Source of the DNA: Octopus sinensis | Taxonomy: Eukaryota | Direction: 5' to 3' | Assembly (NCBI RefSeq): GCF_006345805.1 | Contig: NC_043000.1 | Location: forward strand, 161,572,001-161,636,000 | Length of the DNA: 64,000 nucleotides | In this document: piece after piece, positions 51,041 to 64,000 of the stretch | Layout: each line of letters starts with the position of its first letter | Numbering within the stretch: position 1 is the first letter of the stretch | Made by a program: the position numbers and the translations under genes | The notes under the pieces: model-generated | Databases searched by the model: none | What the model was told of the DNA's origin: nothing | The model's input: the letters and a program-made list of their open reading frames with translations, nothing else

Positions 51041-51975
51041 CGAATAGGCGGACCTATTCAGCATTATTCCCAAGCTGAAATTCCGTAAGTCCTCTAGCTC
51101 CTTCAAACACAAGCTCTGGGTCGACATTAGATTGCTAAAACACTCACATAGGTCCCTAATCTTCTCTGATAAGACGAAAAACCTATATAGGATAGACACC
51201 CTTGATTACGATAAACTGCTAGAAAATAATATTACATAAGATTATAGACGGGCTTCCTTAGACGTCACGCTCAATTTGTGCTTCCGTACATATAGGCCCT
51301 ACTGCAAACCAAATTACAACCGCCCATCACACCTAACAACCACCCATCGAGTTCAAAAACCTGGTGAAGGGTGTTAATAAGAGGATCGCGAACCTTTGCT
51401 CCAACCAAGAGTTATTCGATGCAGCGGCCCCTTACTGTAACGAGCGGCCCCTTACTGTAACGAGGCCCTAGCTGCCAGCTGATTTAGGAATCGCATCTCC
51501 TACATGCCGGGACCCAACAACCGCAGAAGGAAGCGCCGCAGAAATACCATTTGGTTCGCCCCACCTTCTCTCTTAACACGATTTGTTTGACTATATTCTA
51601 CCGCAGGTAGAATATATCTAACAACAATGATTATAGCGGCAGCAACAACAGCAACACCAGCAGATACAGACACAGTGCCGACAACAACGCCCACGGAAAT
51701 ACACTGGATTTCCGGATAGTCATTCAAGCAACGTCTCTCCAACGTCAGGTCCTCCATCAGAGTTCCGGAAAGGAGATACGTAACATCACTGGCCAGCTAT
51801 GTATGGCAACTGAGCAACGCTGGGATTCCATACTCGATCTCATGGAAAATCCTCGAGAACCCAGGCCCCTACATCAACAGGACAAAACGTTACAAATTAT
51901 GCATAGCTGGACGGACAAGAATCCTAAAGGACTCCCTCGAATTGGGGAGCATCCTTAACTAATAGATGAAATCTT
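51041..51975 (+). mobile_element. Naiad-like Penelope element remnant with multiple internal deletions
   Basis: FSDKTKNLY; YRPYCKPN; NHP..KNLVKGVNKRIANL; RRKRRRNTIWFAPP; FKQRLSN..TSLASYVWQL....YSISWKIL...CKLC-like EN motifs. Clade assignment is from recall. Confidence 0.7.
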
Positions 51976-52029
51976 ACTATCTAGCTATTTGTGTTCTGGT
52001 AAAGGAACAGTTAATATAGTGTGTTAATA

Positions 52030-52470
52030 TAGTGGGTCGGCCACGTTATCCGGTTGTCTGATAATCGTGTCTCAAAAATGGTCGTCTTCGGTGAGCTGTC
52101 AGCCGGTGTTCGCCCGCACGGAGGATCCAAGAAGAGGTTCCGGGACTAACTTAAGTTTATCCTGAACTCCTGCAACATTCAACCGGCACAACATGAACAC
52201 TTTGCTCGGGGCTGGCAAGCCTGGCTCTCCTTCTGCAATGAAGGAGCTGCACACTTTGAACTAATCCGACGTGAGAAATCTGAGAAAAAGAGACGTCAAC
52301 GTCATCTCAGACTCACCAACGGCATAATGGGAAACTCCCCTTGCCATCTGTGTTCAAGGACATGCTATTCCAGGATCGGACTATTTTCACATCTTTCAAC
52401 TCACAAAATATCGGATAAGACTCCTAAAGGACAAAGTCGTCGTCAACGACGAACATCTATAAGCAAGTAA
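52030..52470 (+). mobile_element. RTE (BovB-like) LINE 3' end
   Basis: WVGHVIRLSDNRVSKMVVFGELSAGVRPHGGSKKRFRD*LK...CHLCSRTCYSRIGLFSHLSTH. One internal stop. Confidence 0.9.
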
Positions 52471-53939
52471 GGTCGTATGTTGGTTAAATATTCTGTTAAT
52501 TGGGTTTAAACTACTCATTTACTTAGAGTTATTATGATCATAAGGAACATTTTTGAAGAGTTTATTCACTTCTACGGTCGAATAAAATTTTTATCTGCCA
52601 GTAATATTTCTGTCTAAAGCCTTTTTCCCGTACAAATTCTACAATACTCTGTTTGTGTTCATCTGTTTTAAACTCTGTTAAAGGATACACAGAGTAAAAG
52701 AAAATAGATTTGGTGAGGTTGAAAGACTTGAAATACTTCTATCATGAATTTCTATGATTTTGTTTTTTCAATTTGCAATAGTTGCACATCCCTGATGATT
52801 TGACATTAAATATTATGTAATTTGCATTATATACACAATAAACACCCTATGTTAAAGAAACATTCATAAAATTGTAGCTAAATATATTATAAACAATTTT
52901 TCGGTTGTGTGTGTGTGTTTTTTTTTCTGCGTATATACTGTGTAACAATCAAATCTGTATTTCATAACAAAGGATGTAATTACAATGCACGAACCGAAAT
53001 ATGCATGGAGTTCTTAACACTGCTTATTCGTCACGCAATTTTAATTTTAGATTGTACTGCACGAATATAAACGTGCGCGCGCACATACACACACACATCA
53101 TACTATAGAGTGGTAAATTTAACCAGATGCGGACTTTAATATCACTTCCTGGCCCTTGGGTTGGCTTTAGTGGGGTTTGTGTGGTAAGTATTGAAGCTAG
53201 GTCTTCACACACTTCCTGAAGGACATACTGCATGCTGACTTACTTTCTCTGGTTAAGCCATAAAAAAAACTTAGAGCAACAAAATCAAAATCATGTTTTA
53301 ATATTTTGTAAAGATAAAAAGTAAATAATGAAAGAAAGCACCTCAAACATTTCCTTCTCTACACAAGCACATACATCCAGTTCAGTCATAAATATTCATG
53401 CATTCACACATTCATAGAATTGTATTTAAATTATGTTTAAAGTATGTCATGATTTTTTCTTTTTTATTTTTATTAGATTCTCAGAGAAACACGTTAATAG
53501 GGATGTCCAAGTACAATTAACTTAGTAAACAATCATCAAACTAATATACTCGAACAGAATACAGCTATTTCGTTTCTTAGATGTCTGAAATTATATAACA
53601 TACTTATTGGGTCATTGGATCATTAGCAGAGACTTCATATTTGCATAAATATATCCGTACAATTCAACGTAAACAAGTACATTTCTACTGACTATGATCA
53701 CAATTTACAGGTACAAAAGTGAGTATCTCAACCAGGGTGAAAATTTGCTTTACAGTTCCATCTGACTGGTGACTTAGAACCACTTAATGAAGCATGCTAC
53801 ATTCTCAAAGAGTTCTTTTAAATATTGTTCTCGTATCTCATGTATAATTAACATCTCCTCATTCATCTCTTTCAGTTTTGTCGTCCTCATATCGTCCTTA
53901 GCTAAATTGCTAGGAGACACAACGATTGATTAGCTAATC

Positions 53940-54428
53940 TGTCACGACCAGAATCGCCTAATTTTTATGTAGACCAGAGAATGATGAAATCAGTACAGTT
54001 GACGCTTAGCTTGGCCTTTGGTTAATCAATGCCCCCTGAAAACGATAAGGGGTTTCCAGAAAAGTGATACCGTGAGAAGGAGGATTATAAAAAGTGGTTA
54101 AAGATGGTAAGAAGAGAGTGTTGCATGAGGGCCTGTGTAAATTGCATGCAACTAGCTAGCTTGGGTAAGCATAGATTGCCACGTGGCGCAAGAGGCGGCA
54201 GCAAATTAATGGGCCCTAGGACGTAATCAAGAAAAATTAATATAATCCTTCGTAAGAGACTACTAACAACCTTTCAATGAAGGAAAACGCTCTAGCTTAC
54301 GTACATATTATGCACTCTTTCTGATACTGCAACACGTAGCAGAGACTCCTGGCCCTCAGATCTCGTCATGCTGAGAGTTACCCAGTATTGCAACCAAGCG
54401 AATACCCAGTTATTCAGAAATCGTGTAA
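53940..54428. mobile_element. Possible solo LTR
   Basis: GC-elevated 490-bp block starting TGTCACGA and ending TCGTGTAA (imperfect inverse). No TSD found. Confidence 0.3.
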
Positions 54429-54674
54429 TATACGTTTTTTTTACATTAGCACAAGGTTACAAATTGCAAACATAATTCATTATCTCAAATTTATCGCGTA
54501 CCTATATTTACCTTAACGACGATAAAGGTCAAATTTAGATAATTGTCATTAACTTAGCTTGTATAAAATACATTAAGAGATTTAACTAGGTGCCACAAGG
54601 AATTAAGTTCAACATTTTCCTCTTTCTGTAATTATATCACTTCTTTCAACACAATACCAACAGCTTCCAATTTA

Positions 54675-54870
54675 GGAACAAAGCCAGCAATTTTAAGGCG
54701 AGGGTGTTAATCGATTGTATCGACTCCAGAATTTGAAAGGTTCTTTATGACATCGTCCCCGGGGAGACGAAAAGCAAAGTTGACTTAGGCGGGATGTGAA
54801 CTCAGAATGTAAAGAGGTGGGAGTAACGCAACAAAGAAACTGTTCAACACCCGAACGATAACGATTACTG
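54675..54870 (-). mobile_element. Degenerate SINE family B
   Basis: ttaatcgattgtatcgactccag...gaaaagcaaagttgacttaggcgggatgtgaactcagaa aligns to the family B core and B-box. Confidence 0.65.
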
Positions 54871-55652
54871 CCTTTCTGGACACATTAGCACAAGATGAGT
54901 ATAAACGATTTAATAACAAGGAGGCAAAACATCATAAAACAAACTACACGGGAAATGAGAGGAATTAGCGTTCACACAATTTTAGATATGCATAAAAGAC
55001 GATATATGCAATATAAACAAAACAAACATAATTTTTCGGTATAAAACCTATAGATACACGGGGAAGTGTGACAGTGTATCATATTGATCGTTATCTTCTT
55101 TTTTTGCAGTAAGCATCCTGATCTACATTCATGTTACTAACTAATCGTATTGCTTGAATTTCATCACACACACAAACACGTGTCTGAGTATGCGTGTGTA
55201 TGCATATATGTAGATTTATATATATATAATATATATATATATATATAAATTAGAAAAGAAACACCTTTTATCAATTCAAAAATGAAAATTTAAATTATAC
55301 CATTTAGAAAAATTACATATTATAGAAAGATTAAGTATAAGATAAAACATATAACAGTGATTAAGTAATGTGCAAAATAATAAATAAAACGTATATATTT
55401 GGTAGAATAACGACACGTGTTTCGTGGCTATATTTAAGAAATTATAATAGTAGTAATGATAGTAAAATCACTTCAAAATATAGCCAGCCTTCAGGTTAAA
55501 TATAAAAACAATAAAATGATTAATGAGATTAATTAATAAATAAACGTAAATAATCTTGTAAAATACGAAATATCTTAAGAAATATATTCTTGTTTAAATA
55601 AAGAAAATAGAATAAAAAAATAAGATACAATTAATTAAAATATATGTATATA

Positions 55653-55757
<105 letters not shown>

Positions 55758-56169
55758 TATATAAAATACAAAATATACATTAAGTGAAAACTAAATACTA
55801 TAATTTAATCTATATACATTAAATTAAATATTAATTAGATTATTTATTTAATAAACATCTAAATAAAATCTTATATTCATTAAGTAATTTATATTAAAAA
55901 CTAGAATTAGGAATAGGAAATGGTTCAAATATATACACACCTATTAGATAAACTAACTATATTATTAATATATATGTAGTATCTATAGATTTTATATTTT
56001 ACTCAATTATATAGTTGACCAAAATAATTGATATTATACTAATTTACTGAAATAGACCACCTAACTATTAAATAATATATTGTCTTATAAAACTAATTCT
56101 CAAATTAAATTATATGTAATACGTTAAATCACATTATAAAAATAATAATAAAACAATAAATAATAATAA

Positions 56170-58300
56170 ATTTTATTTTATTCTATTTTTCATTTAAACA
56201 TTTTGCATTTTTCTTTAACAAATCATTTAACAGGGCCCTTACATTGTGTATATTGGGAATATAAATATGGTAGTAATTTACTAATCTGAAAAATGGGCAT
56301 ATTTTTATTGCAGTTGCTCTGGATGTATCAGATTTCCTTCCGTTTTTATCTATTATCTGGCCCAAGTATTTAATTTTTTTTTCACGCATTTTTCTTCACT
56401 CTTATTTTTCCAATACCTTTTTATGTGTTCTACATGTTGATCGTGTGATTCTCTTTTTATTAGGATATCGTCTAAATAGGTGATAGCAAAATTACAGTCG
56501 GCCAGCATTGTATTCATTACTTGTTGAAATATGTAAGAAGCCAATTTTACACCAACGGGAAGCAGCTTAAATTTAAATAAGCCACGGTGTGTATTAATGG
56601 TTAACAAGAGTGAGCATATTTTTACTGGGACCTATAAGTATGCCTCCGAGAGGTCTAATTTTGAGAAGAATCTCCTTCCATTCATTTCTGTGAAGACCTC
56701 ATCAGATCTCGACAATGAGTATCTACGTGAGCTTAAGCAATCGTTTAAACCCGTTGAAAAATCTGCACAAACTCGAACTTATTTTCGTTTTTACGTAGGG
56801 CGTAGGTGATGCCCAATCTGAATAGCTCGTCTTTTCGATTATTCCTAGGCTTCCAAGTCTTTCAAGTTCCTTATTTACCTGTCTAGCGCCGCGAACGGTA
56901 CATCACGCTTTGGCATAGATAGTGGTGTTGCACTTTGTTTTACTATAATTTTTGCGTGCAGCAGCACAGATAATCCGAGAAAACATCTGGGAATAAATGT
57001 TTTATTTGTCATTCCAATCCCTCAGCCGCATTCGAACCTTCAGTTGAACCGACTATATTCCCTCACAAAACATCATTCACCCTGTGCCGAACAAATTTAC
57101 TGAACTTTTTAACACATAAACGTTTGCCGTTTTCATTTGGTCACAAAATGTCACATTACACAAAACTTCACCGACAAAATACAATCTTTTATCCGTAATA
57201 CCTTGTGCTACTTTTGTAGATTAACTTAATTTTAGCTTACCGATATACTTCCAAGTTTCTTCATTCACAATGCTAATATTACTTCCAGTACGTAACTGCA
57301 TTTTTACTCTAATATTTTCAATGTTCACTTTTATGAATTTCCGCTTTGTCACATTGCTATTTTCTTTTGACGACATTTTGTTTACGCTTTTTACTTTGTT
57401 CCACCGTTTTGTCATCTGGTTTTACAGTGCGCTTGTACGTGTCCAGTTTTTCCACAAAGGAAACATTCCACTTTCTTAAATGGGTAGTTTTTCTCTCAGG
57501 TGTAGACCTCCCCATGCAAAACATAGGTTTGTTTCCTGATTTTTTGTCCTGTTTGTACTGTATTTAAAACATACTTGATTTCTATTCTGCCTGTTTTGTA
57601 TTTTCCGACGCACTTGTTTCACTTGGGAGCAATCTTTATGCTCAATTTTCTCTGTGCCTTGGATTTACTATTCTTTCACACTCTTCTGACAGTTGTAGTA
57701 AGGTGTCCGATTTTTGGTTTTATTCCAGCTTAGCGAGAATTCTTGTTCTTACGTCTTCGACTTTCTCTGTAATTAGCCCCTGAGTAAATATCAGACATTT
57801 GAACATGTCGGGCGTTAACTCCTCCAGTTTGAACTATTCACATTCTCTGTTAACTCTGTCAGCATCTGCGATGTATTCATCCTCGTAGATCTTTTCTAGG
57901 TTCCAACCTTTCCAGCGTGTATTGAAGAATGAGCTTTATTCGCTAAAACTTTTCAGCTAAAAACTTCTCGCTAAAAATTTTACAAAATATATCTATTGTA
58001 TTTCTGAAGTTTATGTCAGGAAGATTTTCGTGGGTACGTAATTGCTGTAATGTTCATGTTCTGCTGCCAGTTTTCTTAGGATTAGACACGTTTTCATATC
58101 GTCGTGCCAATCTTTGCACTCTTTATTGTTCGCATCTTCTATAGTACGCCTCAAAGGTAACTCATTCGTCTGGTTCATACTTAGATTTGGTTTTTGAGTT
58201 TGAAACATAATCTGGCGGGAACATCTTTTCAGCATTTTGGATGACTCACTATATTGTGTATCGCCAATAATCTCAGTCGTATGTCATCTCCACGGAGCAC
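56170..58300 (-). mobile_element. Mag-type Gypsy LTR retrotransposon internal region (gag, zinc knuckles, protease, RT), decayed
   Basis: KCLIFTQGL gag motif; ECFLCGKTGHVQAHC knuckle; VKMQLRTGSNIS protease (DTG degenerate); VPFA..VNKELERL, WASP, RVCADF, FSKLDLSEAYL, TINTHRGLF, YLDDILI, YLGQII. Confidence 0.92.
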
Positions 58301-58329
58301 AAAATCCTGAGATCGGAGTTTACTGCTTT

Positions 58330-59420
58330 GTTACGTATTTCCCTGGATCTGCTTCTTCAACTAGTTCCATTTACATTAGCAATCAACACGTCTTTATTTA
58401 ACTGCTTTCATCCATAACATACCATCCTTATACCATTCAGTCTTCTTTCTTGCTCACAACATGCGGGTCCACCTATTCTCAGTTCTGTCTCTCAACACAT
58501 TTTTATTTTGGCGTACTGACATTGAACATCCAGCGGAGCATGCTAGATTTATTTATTTCTAGTTTTAGCATGTTCTCTGCCTTTACGGCCCTCGTTCCAC
58601 TACCATCTAGCATTGCAGTCCGTGTACAAACATCATAATGCCTACCTTTCACCCTGAGAGAGAAACACTTTGGTATTAACAGTTGTAATAGATATCTGAA
58701 TTTACTCTTGCTCTAGTTGCACTACTTTCAGAAGATTCTACTCTACAGCTAATTATGTCACCTCAGTAGCACAAGCTTTGGTTTCTAAGCTAAGTTTGAA
58801 TTCCTTTGATTCTAGGTTTAGTTTCCACACCTATGATTGTTTCTAATTCTTTTATAGATTCAGCTACAAGAACGAGCTTATCTGCATATAACAGTTTGCA
58901 CGGATGTCCGCCCTTAAACTTCTCTGCTACGGACTGGAGAAATATGATGAATAGAAGTAGACTCTTACATGCACTCTGAATACATTGCTGTACTAGCTGC
59001 CAGCTCACCATGCTGATAGCTTTCCTGTACATGGCTTGTATGCTTTCAGAATCCATTTGTCTACGGCTAGCTTCCACAGCGACCATTATATCATGATGAG
59101 AGGAACCTAGTCGAAGTCTTATTCCATGGTGATGAATACAAAGTACAGTGGCTTACTTTTAACGAAACACCTATCCTACAGTTGCCCCACTTGGCAGTTG
59201 GTGTCTTTTTCCTGACACAAAATCGAACTACATCACATCTACGATAATTCTCTTTCTAAGTAATTTAGCTATAATTCTTTCTGTTACCTTCATATCCTGA
59301 TTCAGCAATGTCATACTTCTCTAATTACCTCTCTCTAAGCATGTATTTTAATCTTGCAACAGTTGCTAAGCCAATAAATAGGTATGGCATTTCCCTGTGC
59401 AAACGATCTGACTATAGAGG
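58330..59420 (-). mobile_element. RTE-clade LINE RT fragment
   Basis: MKVTERIIAKLLRKRI; KPLYFVF; QAMYR; LLLFIIFLQ..LLYADKLVLVAES; LSLRVKGRHYDVCTRTAML..SMLRWMFNVS. Confidence 0.85.
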
Positions 59421-59479
59421 TGATTAGGTCGTGTCTTACTCCTAAGAAGGAAAGCATATTTTAAGCCTCCCAACAGTAA

Positions 59480-59900
59480 TTCCTGACGGCCAGGGAACTC
59501 TCTCTACCTTCATAACTTTAATTGTACTCAGTTTCTTTTTTACAATTTCTTTGGTATCCACTCAGTTTGCGTATGATATTGCGAAGTCTATGATCTTACA
59601 CTTTTCCTTTTTTTTTTGTCCTCTATAATCATTTATGGTCTCCTTATTTTAATAGTATGCTCAGTCTTTATGAGAAAGTCTTATAAACTACTGCAATTCA
59701 TATTTCCACCACTGACTCTGATTCATGTTCATACCTCTTTCCCGTTATTTTGAAGCCACACACTCGGCTAGCATCCTAATGCACTTTTACCTACACAGTT
59801 ATGGCAGCGCTTTTCCCGCTAGCCAGTTTACTGCATTCACTTAAGAGACGATTAATACTTTCGTCTTCCTTTCTGCAGATTCTGAGTTTGGTCTCCAACT
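59480..59900 (-). mobile_element. R4/Dong-type LINE fragment (CCHC remnant plus RLE start)
   Basis: ESINRLLSECSKLA..RHNCVG..RYEHESESV..DFLIKTEHTIKIRRP..IIEDK..CKIIDFAIS. Confidence 0.75.
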
Positions 59901-60324
59901 GAATCTCGTCAATCTTTGCCGTTCCTACATAACCACGGACGTTTGATGATAGATGAAGGAGCATTCAATTTGGAATTCATTACCATTACATTAATATAAT
60001 GTATTGTAACACCCTATATTGTTGCCATCAAAACGCATGCGCTATCGAACATTTATGAAACTCATTAAGAGGGACAACGCAAATAGAAAATACGTAGGTG
60101 GGTTAAATTATATACTGCACAGTATTTAGTGAGAGACTCTGTTGTTTCTTTCCTGAGTACAAAGCCGGCCACAAATTTAAAGAGAGAGAATCATGCATGA
60201 TTGAAAGGGATAAAAGGTAAAAATTAAATATCCTTAGTCTGTTCTACCTTTTACGCCGCGTGACACATCAATATCTACAAAAGCTGAAATGCGAAAAAGT
60301 TGTTTGATTTCTTAGTTATTTGTC

Positions 60325-60500
60325 TCATTTTTGGATGGGAACGGTAGATGGGGTCGGAACGGTAGATGGGATCGGAACGCGCCAAAATTTACTCTGGGGG
60401 TAAAATGGGGTGGGCAATGGTGTGAGGAGGATTGCAAGTCGCTCGGGGCTACCGTTTGGTTGCCATGGTGAGGAATAGGGGAAAGGCAAAGAAGACGAAC
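60325..60500 (-). mobile_element. Short Penelope-like linker fragment
   Basis: Purine-rich plus strand like the 46-kb PLE. A SDPST-coding segment occurs as an 18-bp tandem duplication. Confidence 0.35.
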
Positions 60501-61498
60501 AAAAGAAGGAAGGGAAAAAAGAGACAACACGCACAAAACACCACCACCAAAAGCCGAGCAAAGCAGGGGTCAAAATAGCTAGTCTAGTAATAATTTTTAA
60601 ATTTTGAAGAAAAAATAGCTAAATCTATATAGTACAGGTATATTCATTAGAGATACTAGAAGGATAAAATGAATAGCCAGGCTTTAAAGTTAGAAAGTTA
60701 TAAGATATGGGTGCAAGCTTGGTACCTGAAAGACATTAGTGATGGGGAAAAACCAGATACTTCCTCATAAATTGGATAGTAACATACCTCAATTACTGGA
60801 GATCGGCGTTACATATTGACAAGTAAGTTTTCTTTAGTCAAATGTGCATTCACCTTGACCTGGCTTCTCTTTACATTTTAACAGAAATATAGTAACAAAG
60901 GGGTTAATGCGCTAATACTTTTAATAACAACTACTTCAAGTTAGCTGATGTTTTATTTATAATCCTGACCTCTCTTTATAGCTTGTAATTTCTTAATTAA
61001 ACTTGACCTTAGTCAAACACTGCAATGCAATTCTTCATCGGTCTACAAATTTACCAGCCCAACACTTTTGTGATGATAATATCACACGCTTCTAACAAAG
61101 GCACAGGATTTTCGAATTTGTGAAGAATCAAGTTTGGCAAATCATTTCCAATAGTTGACAAGTATTTTATTTCTTTACCCCAGGGTCATGATAGTCAAGA
61201 CTGACCTCTGTAGGACCTGAAATCAGAACTTAAAGGACAGTAACAAATGCTACTAGAAGCGAAACGAACTACAAATGAAGTAAGGTACTCAAATTGGTTT
61301 AAATCCACTGTATGTTCATCTGTTTCTGATATTTGGCTCCTACTTGACTAGTTCTGTTACATTCCTCAAAAAATTACCAAAGTTTCTAATTTGTTAATGT
61401 ATATAATTGAACTAGTAACTAACAATCATTTATTATTAAATACATTAATACTTCCAGAAATATGACGGTTTGTGTTTATATGTGTATGTGCATTTATA

Positions 61499-61548
<50 letters not shown>

Positions 61549-61814
61549 TATATATATACATATATTCGCACATACTAAGACGCACACACATACACACACA
61601 CACACCACACACACACACTCACTCACTCACTGTTAGTCGTGTGAGTCTTCCAATACAAACAATACACCTTACAGGCAGAATAAAATTCCTACATACGCTT
61701 AAACTCAAGAGAGATAAGTCCATATACCCCTGCTTCGTTCACCTATCCATCTCTCACTTATCCATAGTTATTCTATAATGTAAATGTGTGTGTGTACGAG
61801 CGTACATAAATTTA

Positions 61815-61880
<66 letters not shown>

Positions 61881-61964
61881 TATATATCTACTGTGTGACT
61901 CTTCTTCGCCATGATAGATTGGTAGCCACTACATACATTTTTTTCTCTCTTTGTTTCTTTCTGT

Positions 61965-62094
61965 GTTCCTTTCTGCAGAAGAGCGTGGGCTCAAAACGTA
62001 AAAAACTTTTTCAATTCCTGAGCGTTATACTAATACACATGTTTGCTACACCACCTGTCTTCGTCTTTTGTTGGGTTTTTTTCGTGAATTCTCC

Positions 62095-62100
<6 letters not shown>
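61965..62100 (+). mobile_element. Short PLE-terminus-like repeat with a degenerate hammerhead, ending in (TA)n
   Basis: ctttCTGCAGAAgagc-gtgg-gctcAAAAcgTAaaa keeps the hammerhead layout with core mismatches. Reverse complement matches 47327-47460. Confidence 0.6.
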
Positions 62101-62139
<39 letters not shown>

Positions 62140-62389
62140 ATATATATTACCCTCATAGACAGATCTGTACATATAAGCCTATCGTGATCATCTTTTAACG
62201 TTCGTATTCTATGCTGACATGGGACAATAAAGAGACAGTAAAAGATGTCTTGCTACAGAGAATATACATGGCTGGGGCAACTGGAGGGGACAGAGGATGG
62301 AGAAGATGCAATATCAAGGCATACTGTCAAGGTATACTGTCAAGGCATACTGGCAAAGAATACTTTCAAGGTATAAGATGGATAAAGAG

Positions 62390-62790
62390 AAAATAGGAAC
62401 AGAAGACCGAGAAGTGTAGATGCGTAAGTCTATGAAAGTGCAAAAGGAGAGTGATTGGTGGCTAGCGATGGGGACGAGAATGAGAGGTGAACACGGGTGG
62501 AAGAGTGATCACTGGTGAATCTCACTATAAAGAGGAAGGTCAAAGAAAATAGTCGTGGGTCAGGGAGGAGGAGTGATACGTGACTGTACTAATAGGGGTT
62601 GATAACAGCAGTATCAAAAAACCGTAAATAGATGAGACCCGTGGAGATACTGTGAAGTGTGTGGTAAGAGAGAGGGATGTCAGAGGTTCGTATCGTGGGT
62701 GACAAAAGTTGGAAGCAGTTGGTGGCAGATATAAGAGCATGTTCAGGAAATAGGTGTGATCGGTATATGTTATATAACACACCTAAAAGA
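62390..62790 (-). mobile_element. Decayed Penelope-like RT thumb fragment
   Basis: TDHTYFLN.....HC..LSPTIRTSDI resembles KPTD.H.YL..S.HP..SI.YSQ..R.RRICS. Weak. Confidence 0.4.
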
Positions 62791-64000
62791 ATATGAATTT
62801 GATACCTCCAAATGAGAAAGTGCTTCCAGCTTTTCTATATTTCTTATAATTAATGGTGAAACATTATGATGTAATAACGAAAATAAATTGATTGATGGTG
62901 TGAAATGGCTATATTCATTTTCACTTAATTCTTAAAAGTGCAGTCCTTCATGAAGTCCCAAAACGTTTCTTCGTGAGTCTGCTACTAACGCTTGACACAG
63001 TTTCGCTGTATTTCTTCCATTATTAAGTTTTAACAAAATTGACTATATTGCTTGTAATTTAAAGTCTTCCTCGCCTATTATGCTAGCTAATTCTGCACTA
63101 GGGACATATATCTCAATCTAGCTATCTTTTTGGTGATTTCTATTTAGACGGCACCTTTTGCTCTTGCGCAAACTCAACTAGAAAATTTTCGTCATGGCGG
63201 CCAAATCAAAGGTAATTCTAGTTTGTATCCCAATCTACTTATTTTGCTAACAAGCAAATTACCCAATCTTAAGTTGTGTTGCACCTCTAATCAAATCTTA
63301 AGTCTTTTTGCACCGCTAATCACTACTCAGCCATTCACATTTCAACTCAGTCTATTTCTAGCAGATCAAATGACGAAATTGATGGGGTTTCCCTCTGACT
63401 ATCAACGGCAATTAAAGACAGCATAATCAATTCCTACCTGCAATTTATAAAAGGAAGCGGTGTTCAATCGTGGGCTGAAGTATACTAAATTCAAATCTTA
63501 ACAACTTAAAGGTGATACAACTATCTTCATATGTGAGGTATTCTTAAATATGGCAGGGAATCACATCTACAGTTAAGGGTACTGAGCTATTCATTGATAG
63601 TTAATTCAAAATTTTTCTAATCTGTATGTATGTGTCCAAATGTGTTATATATGCCTTGTACTTCATGATATGGCCCCATGTTTGGGGGCTTTTTTGCAGA
63701 TATTGATATATTTAAATAATTTAAAATGCGTGACCTACTGGTTTCCAAACATAACAAGTTTTTGAACGTAGATGGCTGGAGCGTCAATCACTAAAACCGA
63801 TGGATTATTTAATGTTTCGAGAGTAACACTCTCTAAAATCAAGTTAGATTCCTAAAACCAAGGTAAAACGATCTCTAGCAAGATCGTTTCTGGACAGAAG
63901 GCAAAGCTCACAGTGAGTGACGCAGAATAGTTAAATGTATTGCGTCTAAAAGCCATCAAACCACAGCAGACCTAAACCGCCACCTTGCCAATCTTGTGCC

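Noticed and set aside
51480-51482. In-frame TGA in the Naiad-like ORF as selenocysteine
   Set aside because: It aligns with an expected Gly (GGA to TGA) rather than a Cys, in a copy with other lesions.
53024-53270. 69-aa minus ORF and a nearby GTAAGT donor as host exons
   Set aside because: No homology recognised and no consistent acceptor/donor pair.
56670-56712. Minus-strand CTGATGA...GAAA
   Set aside because: It lies inside the Gypsy RT coding sequence and has no stem II.
60600-64000. Scattered splice-like motifs (e.g. 60724, 60823) in unique AT-rich DNA
   Set aside because: No open frame with recognisable similarity. RNA-seq would be needed.

Overview
Eukaryotic, AT-rich, repeat-saturated DNA that I recognise as octopus (Octopus sp.) from its tRNA-derived SINE families. 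I found no host protein-coding gene, rRNA, tRNA or CRISPR array that I can support. Almost all ORFs in the track are microsatellite translations (IYIY, MYVC, LSLS, IIII) or decayed transposon fragments. The window looks like intergenic or deep intronic DNA built from about 10 copies of a CORE-type SINE (family A, OR1-like), 5 copies of a second SINE (family B), LINE fragments (R4/Dong, a second RLE-type LINE, CR1, RTE, possibly Tx1), several Penelope-like elements (PLEs), Mag-type Gypsy remnants, Tc1/mariner elements (DD36E, DD37D, DD41D-like), a Chapaev3-like transposon and a Helitron remnant. The best hand-derived observations are: (1) an intact minimal type I hammerhead ribozyme at 12041-12083 and a second one with an extended stem II at 20089-20176; (2) a 3' hairpin-GAAAC motif shared by SINE family A and the CR1 LINE in this window, nominating its partner LINE; (3) a (CATA)n hub holding three LINE clades, with an empty-site copy elsewhere in the window; (4) a twin-priming-like inverted RTE; (5) a DD36E Tc1 element. 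All family names come from motif recall, not database searches, and boundaries are approximate unless fixed by TSDs or TIRs.
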